64,000 bases of DNA from Methanobacteriota archaeon (GTDB lineage Archaea; Thermoplasmatota; Thermoplasmata; SG8-5; JAGLSY01). Of the stretch, positions 27,424 through 37,296 are shown piece by piece (the first letter of the stretch is position 1; every line of letters starts with the position of its first letter). The stretch covers positions 160,001 to 224,000 of the forward strand of contig JAEHCO010000003.1 of assembly GCA_020697715.1 (NCBI GenBank), read 5' to 3'. Position numbers and translations under genes: made by a program. The notes beneath the pieces were generated by a model. The model worked only from the letters and a program-made list of their open reading frames with translations. It was not told where the DNA came from and did not search any database.

Positions 27424-30400
27424 ATGACGGCTGACAAGAAAGGAGTGATGGTCATCGGAGGAGGTATTGGAGGTATCCAGTCCGCTCTTGACCTGGCAGA
27501 TTCTGGAGTGAATGTCTATCTGGTCGAGAAAGGCCCATCGGTCGGTGGCCGAATGGCCCAGTTGGACAAGACCTTCCCGACAAATGATTGTTCCATGTGT
27601 ATCCTGTCCCCAAAATTAGTAGCCGCGGCCAGACACCCGATGATCAACCTGCTGACAATGTCACAGGTCAAGACATTGGAGGGAGAACCAGGAAACTTCA
27701 AGGCCACTATCACCACCCATCCAAGATACATCGATATTAGCAAATGTGTTGGCTGTGGAGAGTGTGCGAAGGTGTGCCCCATCGAAATGCCAAATGAGTT
27801 CGATGTTGGAACCGCCACGAGGGGAGCGACATACATACCGTTCCCACAGGCCACCCCACTCAAATATTCAATTACAAGACACGGCACGCCACCTTGTGAG
27901 GCCGAGTGTCCAGCTGGAGTTCATGTTCAGGGTTATGTCGCACTTATTGCCAAGGGCAAGTACATGGAAGCTCTGGACCTTCACAGGGAGTTCAATCCAC
28001 TACCGATAATCTGCGGCAGGGTTTGTCCACATACCTGTGAGAGCGTGTGCAACCGTGCGGAAGTGGATGAGCCGATCGCTATCGCTCATCTCAAGAGATT
28101 CATGGCAGCTTATGAGATGGATAATAGGGATGAGCCAGTAGAACCATTCGACCAGACCGATGGTAAGACCGTGGCCATAATTGGTTCCGGACCCGCTGGA
28201 TTGACAGCCGCTTATTACCTGGCCAGACACGGCCACAAACCAACCATCTACGAAGCACTGCCAGTTGCTGGCGGTATGCTGAGAGTGGGCATCCCTGAAT
28301 ACAGATTACCCCGTGATCTACTCCAGGCCGAGATAGACTATATCAAGGCCAAGGGAGTGGACATCCAGCTTAATAAGAGACTTGGAACTGACATAATGCT
28401 GGATGATCTGAAGAAGGATTTCGATGCAGTGTTCCTGGCCATAGGCTCTCATGTCTCAAAATCCATGAGAGTGACAGCTGAAGACACTCCAGGCGTCATA
28501 CCTGGTGTGGATTTCCTGCGTGATGTCAACCTGGGCAAGGAAGTGCAACTTGGAAACAAGGTCGCCGTCGTTGGTGGCGGAGATGTCGCTATCGATGCTG
28601 TAAGGGTCGCTCACCGTCTGGGAAAAGAAGCCTTCATGATCTACAGAAGGACAAGGAACGAGATGCCAGCTCATGAAACTGAGATCATCGATACCGAGGA
28701 AGAAGGTATCGATATCAAATTCCTCACACAGCCAGTCCGCGTCGTCGAGACAGGCGGGAAGGTATCTGGTATCGAGTGCGTCCGCATGGAACTGGGAGAG
28801 CCAGATGACAGTGGGAGGCGCAGGCCAGTTCCGGTCGAAGGTTCTGAATTCATAATAGAAGTTGATAATATCATACCAGCTATTGGCCAGGATTCAGATG
28901 TTGAATATCTGAAGAAGGCCGGTATCAGTACGACGGACTGGAAGACCATCGTCGCTTGTGAGGAAACTTACATGACCAGTGATGAAGGCGTATTTGCCGC
29001 TGGAGATGCAGTATCTGGCCCATGGACAGTTGTCGGTGCGGTTGGCGGAGCGAAGAAAGCCGCCGATGCTATCAATTCCTATCTATTGGGCGAGGATTTC
29101 CCAATGGAATGCAAGCTTCAAGACGTGATAACATTTGAAGATCTGATGCTGGAGAAGAAATTGGAAACAGCTCCAAGAGCATGTGTTGACACTCTGGATG
29201 TCGAGCAGAGGGAATGCAATTTCAAGGAAGTTGTCGGCCAGCTCACAGAAGCACAGGCAGTTGCCGAGGCAGAGCGTTGCTTAGCCTGTGGTGGTTGTTC
29301 AGGTTGCTGGCAGTGTATCGGGGCTTGTGAGGCAGATGCTATAGATTTCTCACAAGAGGAATACGAGACCGAGGTCGACATAGGCTCGGTCGTCGTCGCC
29401 ACTGGCTTCGATCTTATAGACGCGGGCTTCAGGCCGGAGTACAATTACGAGAACTTTGACAATGTCATAACAGGTATCGAATTTGAAAGATACCTGAGTG
29501 CGTCCGGACCTACCAGCGGTCATCTTATCAGACCAAAGGATCATAAATCTCCCAAGAAGATCGCCTTCATCCAGTGTGTGGGATCCAGGGATGAGCATTA
29601 TGGGTGCGCGTACTGTTCCAGAGTGTGCTGTATGTACGCGATCAAGGAAGCCATGCTGATCCGGGGTCATGACAAGGATGTTGAAGATATCACAATCTTC
29701 TTCATGGACATAAGGGCCTTTGGAAAAGGATTTGAGCAATATTATGAGCGTGCGAAGGATGAGAACATAAACTTCTCAAGGTCCAGACCATCTCATTTCA
29801 TAGAGGATCCAGAGACTGGAGATGTATTGATCCAGACCGAGGACACGGAAACTGGCGAGATCAGTGAATATCGAGCTGACCTCGTGATCCTATCATCGGC
29901 CATGGTGCCATCAAAGGGAACTGACGAACTGGCTGAGAAGCTGGGTGTGGAACTTAATGAGTCCGGTTTCTTCAAGGAAGGCGAGACCGACAATATCCCA
30001 CTCGAAACGACCAGGCCGGGAATATATTCCTGCGGCTGCTCGTCCGGACCTAAGGATATTCCGGATACCGTATCTCAAGCATCTGGAGCTGCCGCTAAGG
30101 CAGGCGAATGGGTGAAGGATTACAGGTCAGCTCCTGAGAAGAAGGACATCACACCAGTTGATCCATACGGCAAGCCCAGGATAGGTGTGTTCATCTGTCA
30201 CTGTGGTCTGAATATCGGAGGTACTATCGATGTGGTAGATGTTGCTAAATTCGCAAAAGAACTTCCATATGTCGAGTACACGGATGCCAATGTTTACACT
30301 TGCTCGGAGAACACACAGGGCGAGATCCAGGATCTCATACACAGTGAGAAGCTGAACAGAGTGGTTATCGCTTCTTGCAGTCCTCGAACTCACGAACCGA

Positions 30401-31869
30401 TCTTCAGGCAGATGTGTGCTGAGGCAGGCCTGAATCCATATCTTTTCGAGATGGTGAACATACGTGATCAGGGTTCATGGGTTCATTTGAATGAGCCCGA
30501 AGCAGCGACCGAGAAGGCCAAGAGTCTGGTCGCGGCCGCGGTTGCCAAGTCCAGATTCCTGAAGCCATTGGTGGCTAGTGAACTGGAAGTCAATCATGAC
30601 GCGCTCGTCATCGGTGGCGGAGTATCCGGTCTCACAGCAGCCACAAGCCTGGCATCTTTGGGATTCAAAGTGAATCTTGTGGAAAAGTCAGATGTTCTCG
30701 GTGGCGCATTGCTGGATAAAGACCTACTGATACCATCCAATGTCAAGGCAAGTGACATGCTGGCCGACCTGATAAAGAAGGCCGGGGACAAAGGAGTGAA
30801 GTTCTTCAAAGAGACCGAGCTCATTGACCTTGAAGGCTTTGTTGGAAACTTCAAGGTCAAAGCCATGCAGAAGGGAACTGAGGAACTTGACTTCGAGGTT
30901 GGAGCAATCATTCTGGCCATAGGTGCGAAACTCTATGAGCCCACAAAGGGCGAGTTCGGTTTCGGATTGCATCCGAACGTCATCACTAACCAGGATCTGG
31001 AAGATCTGATGATGGAGCATCAGGGTGACAAACTCATGCTCAATGGAAAGGAGCTGAAGCGTGTTGCAATGATCCATTGTGTTGGCTCTCGTGACAAGGA
31101 AGGCTTCAAGGACTGTTCCAGATACTGCTGTCAAGTCACCCTCAAGCAGATAGACGAATTGAGGGCTCTGGGCATCGATACCGTGGATTATAACAGGGAC
31201 ATACGTGCCTTCAGCAAGGGAGCGGAGGAATTGTACAGGAAGACCAGAGAGGATGGTACAATGTACATGCGCTACACTCCTGAAGAACTTCCGGAGATCA
31301 TCCCAGATGGTGATGGTGTGAAGATAAGGACCTACGATGCCCTTGTTGGAGCGACTGTCGAATTGCCATTTGACGCTGTTGTTCTATCAGTGGGAATGAG
31401 AGCTCATGAGATAGATGTTAAACATTTGAGAAGCCTGATGAAAGTTCCAATGGGCGCGGATGGCTTCTTCTTAGAAAGCCACCCGAAGCTGGGACCTGTT
31501 GAGACCAATACCGCCGGTATCTATCTTTGTGGAACCGCACAGTTCCCCAAGGACGTGGTCGATACCATCGCTCAGTCATATGGAGCCGCCGCTAAGGCAG
31601 CCACAGTCCTGTCCAAGGACAAGCTCCTGGGTGTTGCCCAGATATCCAGTGTCGATCCTGAACTATGCATAGGTTGTGAGACCTGTATCGATATCTGTCC
31701 TTACAATGCCATCGAGAAGGAGAATGGCAAGGCCAAGGTATTGGAGGCCGTTTGTAAGGGTTGCGGATCATGCGCGGCCGCTTGCAGGAACGGTGCGATA
31801 CAGCAGGCTGGTTTCAGAGATGAATACATTGTTACTATGATAGACAATGCTCTTGAGGAGGTGGAATGA
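27424..31869 (+). CDS. hdrA: Large HdrA (HdrL-type): two HdrA modules with an inserted GltD/NfnB-like NAD(P)H/FAD module
   Basis: GGRMAQLDKTFPTNDCSMC; CP..CGRVCPH.CE..C.R, GSGPAG, GGGDVAID, EAERCL.C; CVGSRD..CSRVCC; second GVFICHCG.NI, GGGVSG, CVGSRD..CSRYCC; terminal 2[4Fe-4S]. Confidence 0.92.
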   Translation: MTADKKGVMVIGGGIGGIQSALDLADSGVNVYLVEKGPSVGGRMAQLDKTFPTNDCSMCILSPKLVAAARHPMINLLTMSQVKTLEGEPGNFKATITTHPRYIDISKCVGCGECAKVCPIEMPNEFDVGTATRGATYIPFPQATPLKYSITRHGTPPCEAECPAGVHVQGYVALIAKGKYMEALDLHREFNPLPIICGRVCPHTCESVCNRAEVDEPIAIAHLKRFMAAYEMDNRDEPVEPFDQTDGKTVAIIGSGPAGLTAAYYLARHGHKPTIYEALPVAGGMLRVGIPEYRLPRDLLQAEIDYIKAKGVDIQLNKRLGTDIMLDDLKKDFDAVFLAIGSHVSKSMRVTAEDTPGVIPGVDFLRDVNLGKEVQLGNKVAVVGGGDVAIDAVRVAHRLGKEAFMIYRRTRNEMPAHETEIIDTEEEGIDIKFLTQPVRVVETGGKVSGIECVRMELGEPDDSGRRRPVPVEGSEFIIEVDNIIPAIGQDSDVEYLKKAGISTTDWKTIVACEETYMTSDEGVFAAGDAVSGPWTVVGAVGGAKKAADAINSYLLGEDFPMECKLQDVITFEDLMLEKKLETAPRACVDTLDVEQRECNFKEVVGQLTEAQAVAEAERCLACGGCSGCWQCIGACEADAIDFSQEEYETEVDIGSVVVATGFDLIDAGFRPEYNYENFDNVITGIEFERYLSASGPTSGHLIRPKDHKSPKKIAFIQCVGSRDEHYGCAYCSRVCCMYAIKEAMLIRGHDKDVEDITIFFMDIRAFGKGFEQYYERAKDENINFSRSRPSHFIEDPETGDVLIQTEDTETGEISEYRADLVILSSAMVPSKGTDELAEKLGVELNESGFFKEGETDNIPLETTRPGIYSCGCSSGPKDIPDTVSQASGAAAKAGEWVKDYRSAPEKKDITPVDPYGKPRIGVFICHCGLNIGGTIDVVDVAKFAKELPYVEYTDANVYTCSENTQGEIQDLIHSEKLNRVVIASCSPRTHEPIFRQMCAEAGLNPYLFEMVNIRDQGSWVHLNEPEAATEKAKSLVAAAVAKSRFLKPLVASELEVNHDALVIGGGVSGLTAATSLASLGFKVNLVEKSDVLGGALLDKDLLIPSNVKASDMLADLIKKAGDKGVKFFKETELIDLEGFVGNFKVKAMQKGTEELDFEVGAIILAIGAKLYEPTKGEFGFGLHPNVITNQDLEDLMMEHQGDKLMLNGKELKRVAMIHCVGSRDKEGFKDCSRYCCQVTLKQIDELRALGIDTVDYNRDIRAFSKGAEELYRKTREDGTMYMRYTPEELPEIIPDGDGVKIRTYDALVGATVELPFDAVVLSVGMRAHEIDVKHLRSLMKVPMGADGFFLESHPKLGPVETNTAGIYLCGTAQFPKDVVDTIAQSYGAAAKAATVLSKDKLLGVAQISSVDPELCIGCETCIDICPYNAIEKENGKAKVLEAVCKGCGSCAAACRNGAIQQAGFRDEYIVTMIDNALEEVE

Positions 31870-31929
31870 ATGAGTTCATTTACATTCACCATTCATTTCG
31901 ACACCTCCAAAATTATGGAGGTGCAGTAG
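31865..31929 (+). promoter_or_regulatory. Two-hairpin intercistronic element sequestering the Shine-Dalgarno sequence, copy 2
   Basis: AATGAATG...CATTCATT stem over the hdrA stop, then CACCTCCA-AAATTA-TGGAGGTG. Confidence 0.75.
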
Positions 31930-32376
31930 ATGACTGACAATAATGAGAACAATGAGAATTTCGAACCAAAGATAATCGCCTTCCTCTGCACCTGGTGTTC
32001 ATATGCTGGTGCGGATCTGGCAGGCTCGGCAAGGATACAGTACCCGACCAATGTGAAGATAATCAAGGTCATGTGCTCGAGCAGGATCAACCCACTCTTC
32101 GTACTGAGAGCTTTCAGGAAGGGCGCGGACGGTGTGCTTGTTTCAGGATGCCATCCTGGTGATTGCCACTACTTGACTGGTAATTACTTCACTAGGCGTA
32201 GACTTATCTTATTCAAGAAACAGCTGGAATGGGTTGGAATTGACCCTAATAGATTCCATATGAGCTGGGTGTCCGCATCCGAAGGCCAGGGCTGGGCCGA
32301 TGTGGTGAATAAAGTTATTGACGATGTAAAGGAACTTGGTCCTCAGGACGAGATGCGAAGGAAGGTGGTTGAATGA
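31930..32376 (+). CDS. mvhD: MvhD/FlxD [2Fe-2S] subunit
   Basis: FLCTWCSYAGADLAG, MCSSR, GADGVLVSGCHPGDCHY, WVSASEG. Confidence 0.95.
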   Translation: MTDNNENNENFEPKIIAFLCTWCSYAGADLAGSARIQYPTNVKIIKVMCSSRINPLFVLRAFRKGADGVLVSGCHPGDCHYLTGNYFTRRRLILFKKQLEWVGIDPNRFHMSWVSASEGQGWADVVNKVIDDVKELGPQDEMRRKVVE

Positions 32377-33419
32377 GTGCTAAGAATGACCAACTGAGGA
32401 AAATAGCCAGGACACTGCTTGCCGAAGGCAAGGTCAAGTATTTCCTTGGTAATGTTAGAGGAGCCGATGGCTTTTCCTCAAAACCCACGACCGCCCGAAC
32501 TCCAGAAGAGGCAAATGAATTCGTATGGGATCCATCATGTGTCAATAATATGGCATCCTATCTCCATGAGGATAAAAAGAGAGTTCTCAAGAGAGGCGAG
32601 GAGCCAGATACAAGACCCATTGGCATATTTGTCAAGGGCTGTGACAGCCGCTCTGTCGCCCTGAACATACAAGAGCATATCTTCGAGAGAGAGCAGATAT
32701 ACATCGTTGGCGCGACTTGCGAAGGCGTGGTTGATGTTCCAAAGCTGAAGAAGGCCTGGATGAAGAGAGGATTGCCAGTGGCCGCGACAAACACCCTCCA
32801 GCTTTCCATTAATGGTGATGAGGTAATTGCCAGCTTCGATGGTAAACAGGAGAAGTTCGCAAAGGACGATGTCATCATGCAGAGGTGCAAGGTGTGCAGG
32901 TATCCGAATCCAGTGATCTATGATGAACTCATAGGTGAGCAGGTGGAACCCAAACCCGATGCTTATCCCGATCTGGAGGAGATGGAAGCCATGTCCCCGG
33001 CGGAGAGATGGGCCTTCTGGACCGAGCAATTCAGTACTTGTGTCAGATGTCTAGCTTGCAGAAATGTATGTCCTGCCTGTTACTGTAGGGAATGCTCTGT
33101 ACAAAGGAGTAACCCGGCCTTTGGACCTCGAACAACACCGACCGAGAAGATGGCCAAGGCACAGTTCTCGAACAAGACACCGACAATGGAGGACAATTTC
33201 AACTTCCACATGTCCAGAATGTATCACATGACTGGCAGATGCACCAATTGTGGCGAATGCAACCGTGTTTGCCCGGTCGGTATACCACTTAGGCTTCTGA
33301 CCAGGAAAATGGACAAGGATGTTAGAGAGACATATGACCATGAATCTGGACTGGACACCGAACCAAAGAATCTCCTTGCGGAGTATGATGATGATGATCC
33401 AGAGGGGGGCTTCCTATGA
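32373..33419 (+). CDS. FlxC-like (FdhB-related) Fe-S protein
   Basis: KGCDSRS, C..C..PNP, CVRCLACRNVCPACYC..C, GRCTNCGECNRVCP; position in hdrCBA-flxDCBA order. Confidence 0.8.
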   Translation: MSAKNDQLRKIARTLLAEGKVKYFLGNVRGADGFSSKPTTARTPEEANEFVWDPSCVNNMASYLHEDKKRVLKRGEEPDTRPIGIFVKGCDSRSVALNIQEHIFEREQIYIVGATCEGVVDVPKLKKAWMKRGLPVAATNTLQLSINGDEVIASFDGKQEKFAKDDVIMQRCKVCRYPNPVIYDELIGEQVEPKPDAYPDLEEMEAMSPAERWAFWTEQFSTCVRCLACRNVCPACYCRECSVQRSNPAFGPRTTPTEKMAKAQFSNKTPTMEDNFNFHMSRMYHMTGRCTNCGECNRVCPVGIPLRLLTRKMDKDVRETYDHESGLDTEPKNLLAEYDDDDPEGGFL

Positions 33420-34453
33420 CGACCTACAAGATATCTAAAGATAAGATGAATGAATTGCTGACCAGCATCAAAGGCTACGATGTCTATGTCCCTACTGAAA
33501 TGGGAGATAAATTCCAGTTCAGGGTGATGAAGGATGCTGGAGATGCCAAACTTGGCTATTCTCAATCTGCCAAGCCACCGAAGGACGTGATCTTCCCACA
33601 GAATGAAGTTCTCATGAATTATAAGATCCAGCCCAATGGCTTCGATGTAGAGAATTCATTGGACCACATTGGTAAGTTCGTCATATTCGGTATCCGGAAC
33701 TGCGACGCACGCGCCCTGAAATATCTGGACACCCAGATGCTCAATGGTAAGTATGTCGATCCTTACTATGCCAAGAGGCGTGAGAACACGACCGTGGTAG
33801 GTTTAGCATGTAATTCCCCACTCTACAATTGCTTCTGCAGATCTGTAGGAGCTGGCCCTCATCATAAAGAAGGACACGATGTCCACCTCACGGAGCTGGA
33901 CGATGGCTACCTTGTCGAGGTAATCACCGACAAGGGAAAGGAACTGCTGGCTAACTCCATGTCTTTATTGGCCGGATCATCCGATGCCGACACCTCCAAA
34001 CAGGCCGAGCTCAAACAGGCCTGTGAAGCGAAGTTCGTCAGAAAGATCGATGTCAAAGGCAATGACAAGAGGATGCTGGATATATTCGAATCCGACTACT
34101 GGCGTGATGTTTCAGATGGTTGTATTGGCTGTGGAATATGCACATTGCTGTGCCCGACCTGTTTCTGTTTCGATATCCAGGATATCGGAAGCAGAAAAGA
34201 AGGCCAGAGGGTTCGAGTGTGGGATTCGTGTCAATATCCGGAATACACCATGCACGCTTCCAGCCACAATCCAAGACCGGGCAAGAAGGAGAGGCAGAGA
34301 CAGAGATTCTTCCACAAGTACGTTTACAGCTACAAGAACAATCAGATGCTGGGCTGTGTGGGCTGTGGAAGGTGCATCAACCAGTGCCCGACCCAGATCG
34401 ATATAATCGATGTAATTGAAGGAGTTAAGAACGTAAAGGAGGGGTCTGAATGA
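33416..34453 (+). CDS. FlxB-like (AsrA/sulfhydrogenase beta family) Fe-S protein
   Basis: GIRNCD, DPYY..RR, CFC, CIGCGICTLLCPTCFCF, R.WDSC, CVGCGRCINQCP. Confidence 0.85.
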   Translation: MTTYKISKDKMNELLTSIKGYDVYVPTEMGDKFQFRVMKDAGDAKLGYSQSAKPPKDVIFPQNEVLMNYKIQPNGFDVENSLDHIGKFVIFGIRNCDARALKYLDTQMLNGKYVDPYYAKRRENTTVVGLACNSPLYNCFCRSVGAGPHHKEGHDVHLTELDDGYLVEVITDKGKELLANSMSLLAGSSDADTSKQAELKQACEAKFVRKIDVKGNDKRMLDIFESDYWRDVSDGCIGCGICTLLCPTCFCFDIQDIGSRKEGQRVRVWDSCQYPEYTMHASSHNPRPGKKERQRQRFFHKYVYSYKNNQMLGCVGCGRCINQCPTQIDIIDVIEGVKNVKEGSE

Positions 34454-35379
34454 GCGACAATCCATACGAACCAATGCCAGCAAGGGTGATCGGCGTATCC
34501 ATGGAAGCCGGAGGAATAAGGCCGGTGAAGAAGATACAGGTGGCCTTCATCAATGAAGAGGACAAGAACAATTTCAAGAACGTGCCAGGCAACTGCGCCA
34601 TTCTGTCCATGATCGGCCAGGGCGAGAGCATGATATCCATCACCTCCCCGCCTACCGAGAAAGACTTTTTGGAATTCGCCATCATGAAGGTCGGAGTAGT
34701 CACAACCGCACTTCACGAACTTGAAGTGGGCGATATCGTGGGAGTACGTGGTCCTTACGGGAACGCCTTCCCCATAGACGACTGGAAGGGCAAGGACATA
34801 GTCATAATTGGAGCCGGAATAGGAATGGCTCCTATCAGGTCGATATACAATTACATTCTGCACCCTGATAATCGTAAAGACTTCGGCAAAGTCACTCTGA
34901 TGTACGGAGCCAGAACACCAAATGACCTTTCTTTCAAGAAGGAATTGTTTGAGTATGAGGATCAAGCAGATCCGGATGTGTTCCTTTGCATCGACTGGAA
35001 ATTCGGACCCAATGGCATGATGGACGAGGACGCCCAGGAAGGATGGCCCAGGATCAATATGAAAGATGCTGGCGCGACCGTGATCCCGCCAGGCCAGACA
35101 CGATTCACATGCTTCGTACCACAGTTGGTGGAGATGATCAAGCCAAGTCCGGAAAATACCATCGCCATCACCTGCGGACCACCAATCGCTATCAAATTCA
35201 TCACCCAGAACTTATCAAAATTAGGATTCGATGATGAGCAGATATTCACCACCATGGAGAACAGGATGAAATGCGGTATTGGAAAATGTGGCAGGTGCAA
35301 TATTGGCGAAGTGTTCGTGTGCGTGGATGGACCGGTGTTCAACTACAAGCAGGTGAAAGAGCTATTGCCGGAATATTGA
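34450..35379 (+). CDS. FlxA-like FAD/NAD-binding [2Fe-2S] subunit (AsrB/PyrK family)
   Basis: ISITS, VGVVT, RGPYGN.F, GIGMAP, CGPP, E.RMKCGIGKCGRC..G...VCVDGPVF. Confidence 0.88.
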   Translation: MSDNPYEPMPARVIGVSMEAGGIRPVKKIQVAFINEEDKNNFKNVPGNCAILSMIGQGESMISITSPPTEKDFLEFAIMKVGVVTTALHELEVGDIVGVRGPYGNAFPIDDWKGKDIVIIGAGIGMAPIRSIYNYILHPDNRKDFGKVTLMYGARTPNDLSFKKELFEYEDQADPDVFLCIDWKFGPNGMMDEDAQEGWPRINMKDAGATVIPPGQTRFTCFVPQLVEMIKPSPENTIAITCGPPIAIKFITQNLSKLGFDDEQIFTTMENRMKCGIGKCGRCNIGEVFVCVDGPVFNYKQVKELLPEY

Positions 35380-35534
35380 TGGTCTGTGGTCTGCCCAGTA
35401 TGTCTTGGGTTAGACCCACCCCATGCAATTGATATGCCCCCCACCCAGCCACTGCGCTTGCTTTTCCCTTCCCCCAAAAGCCTGCTCGTGTCTGTCACTA
35501 ATTGCACTATTGCAATTAATTAGTTTTCATCGGG

Positions 35535-35888
35535 TTAGGCATTCTCTTTGTCTGACTCTTCAAGCCATCCCTTATGGGATTCAGGAAAAGACTCTGGTTT
35601 TGATTCAATAATTACTTTGCCAGTAAGGTAAATAGATAATATGGCAAATAATATAAAACCAACAAGAATGTAGATAAGAGGATTATCAATGATAATATCT
35701 ATCTGGCCTATAAAAGGAATAATTATCCAAAGGACCAGTACAAACATTGGGGCGATCTGGCCTTTCACAGACATTAGCAAGAAGCTTAAACGTGGCATAT
35801 CAATAAGAGCATCGAACCATGCAATGAATGCCTCTTTAAAACTAATCATCTTTTCCTTCTCCCTAAATCCCCTAAACTCTTCACACAT
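35535..35888 (-). CDS. Small hypothetical membrane protein
   Basis: Two to three hydrophobic segments; AT-rich; start uncertain. Confidence 0.45.
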   Translation of the reverse strand: MCEEFRGFREKEKMISFKEAFIAWFDALIDMPRLSFLLMSVKGQIAPMFVLVLWIIIPFIGQIDIIIDNPLIYILVGFILFAILSIYLTGKVIIESKPESFPESHKGWLEESDKENA

Positions 35889-35947
35889 ATAAATATCTCA
35901 CTCTATGGGCGAGGCTTAGCTACTGAGAAAACAAATTCAAATAGCCA

Positions 35948-36391
35948 TCAATACTTCGAAGGACATCCTATCTGTATCGCATAGGATTCGATGACGTACT
36001 CGCCATCGACTTCCTTGAAATCACCTTTTAGAACAACAATGGCATTATTGGTGAACCCATCTGGGAAGGCAGTTGTATGATTGGCATGAATGAAAGTAAT
36101 ATTATCACCCTCATCAACTAGTAAGAACTCATCAGATGAGACATTCCAATCCCTCACAACGCCCTTGATACTGATCTCCTTGTCAAGGTATTTGGCTGTG
36201 TCATCAGCCACCTGGTGCACCTCGTATATCTCTTCAGGGACCATGCCCCAGAGTAGGATGCCGACAATGACAACGACGACCACGATGAAAACACCGAGCT
36301 TGATCTGCTTCTCGGTGACCTTCTTCTTTGGCTTTGTTTCAGCCTTTATTTCAGGATCAATTACCTTCTCCTGAATCTCGGTTTCGTCCAT
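35948..36391 (-). CDS. ccmE: Heme chaperone CcmE (CxxxY variant)
   Basis: N-terminal TM helix, OB-fold-like region, C-terminal GCPSKY. Confidence 0.88.
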   Translation of the reverse strand: MDETEIQEKVIDPEIKAETKPKKKVTEKQIKLGVFIVVVVVIVGILLWGMVPEEIYEVHQVADDTAKYLDKEISIKGVVRDWNVSSDEFLLVDEGDNITFIHANHTTAFPDGFTNNAIVVLKGDFKEVDGEYVIESYAIQIGCPSKY

Positions 36392-36521
36392 CCATAACCT
36401 CCTTCAGCATTTTCATTTCCCTTCCCAATTTTTTCTGATCAAACATCAGCTTGACCAGATAAGCGAAGGTCAGTCCCCAAATTATAGAGTATCCAATGTA
36501 CATGTAAGTAATATCATCCAT
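36357..36521 (-). CDS. ccmD: CcmD-family small membrane protein (54 aa, below the ORF track cutoff)
   Basis: MDDITYMYIGYSIIWGLTFAYLVKLMFDQKKLGREMKMLKEVMDGRNRDSGEGN; GAGAGG upstream; lies between ccmC and ccmE. Confidence 0.8.
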   Translation of the reverse strand: MDDITYMYIGYSIIWGLTFAYLVKLMFDQKKLGREMKMLKEVMDGRNRDSGEGN

Positions 36522-36597
36522 CTTTAACCTCTCCATTCTGAATCTATGATTTTGTCGAGCTTTTCTGATGCTCTGTCCATACTATAATTCGAGCGCA

Positions 36598-37296
36598 TCA
36601 GAAATCACCTATTTCTTGCTTTATTTCTTCTATTTCTTCTCTAGTTGTCTCCAGGTCGGTCTTGATCATCAAGATACCCAGATAAAGGAATGTGAAGGCA
36701 AAGACCGCTGTTACCAGTGTCTGCACCATGGGAGTCTGAAGACTTCCACTTTCGGAAGCTATAACCGTGGGATGGAACTGTGTCCATATCCTATTGGCTG
36801 CAAAGCTCAGGGGGATGCATAGGAAGCCGATTATCCCGAAAACCGCGCTCATCCGGGCTCTCGCCTTGCCCGGATCGCTATTCGACCTTAGAGCGAGGTA
36901 AGCGATGAATACCAGCCACAGGACCATGGTCATGAACAATTTCATATCATCCCATATCCAGAAGACACCCCAAACACCCTTGGCCCACAATGCGCCAGTG
37001 ATGATGGCCGCGGTACAGAAGACCACGCCGATTTCGGCTGATGAGTAAGCCAATATGTCATATTTCATATTGGATGTTTTCAGATATAGAAGACTGCCGA
37101 GCAGAGTGATACCAAATGCCAGGTATGAGACCCAGGCCGATGCGACATGGAAATAGAAAATGCGCTGAACATCGCCCATTGTGTCATGGGTGGGAGCCCA
37201 AAGGAAGGCCATGTACAATCCTGTGAATGTAAGAGCCGCGGAGGCCAGTAACATAATTATTGTTAATATATTCTTCTTTGTCATGTCATTCCTCAA
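36598..37296 (-). CDS. ccmC: Heme exporter/chaperone loader CcmC
   Basis: QRIFYFHV, TGALWAK..WG.FW.WD, HP motif. Confidence 0.93.
   Translation of the reverse strand: MRNDMTKKNILTIIMLLASAALTFTGLYMAFLWAPTHDTMGDVQRIFYFHVASAWVSYLAFGITLLGSLLYLKTSNMKYDILAYSSAEIGVVFCTAAIITGALWAKGVWGVFWIWDDMKLFMTMVLWLVFIAYLALRSNSDPGKARARMSAVFGIIGFLCIPLSFAANRIWTQFHPTVIASESGSLQTPMVQTLVTAVFAFTFLYLGILMIKTDLETTREEIEEIKQEIGDF

Noticed and set aside
27424-32376. Selenocysteine in HdrA or MvhD
   Set aside because: The usual Sec positions are Cys and the frames are uninterrupted.
25989-35379. Hdr/MvhD plus an Fpo-like complex as evidence of methanogenesis, or a sulfhydrogenase/Asr call for the flx genes
   Set aside because: No mcr, methyltransferase, NiFe large subunit or AsrC is in the window, and the gene order fits Hdr-Flx.
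36524-36598. 24-aa ORF between ccmC and ccmD
   Set aside because: Too short and featureless to support.
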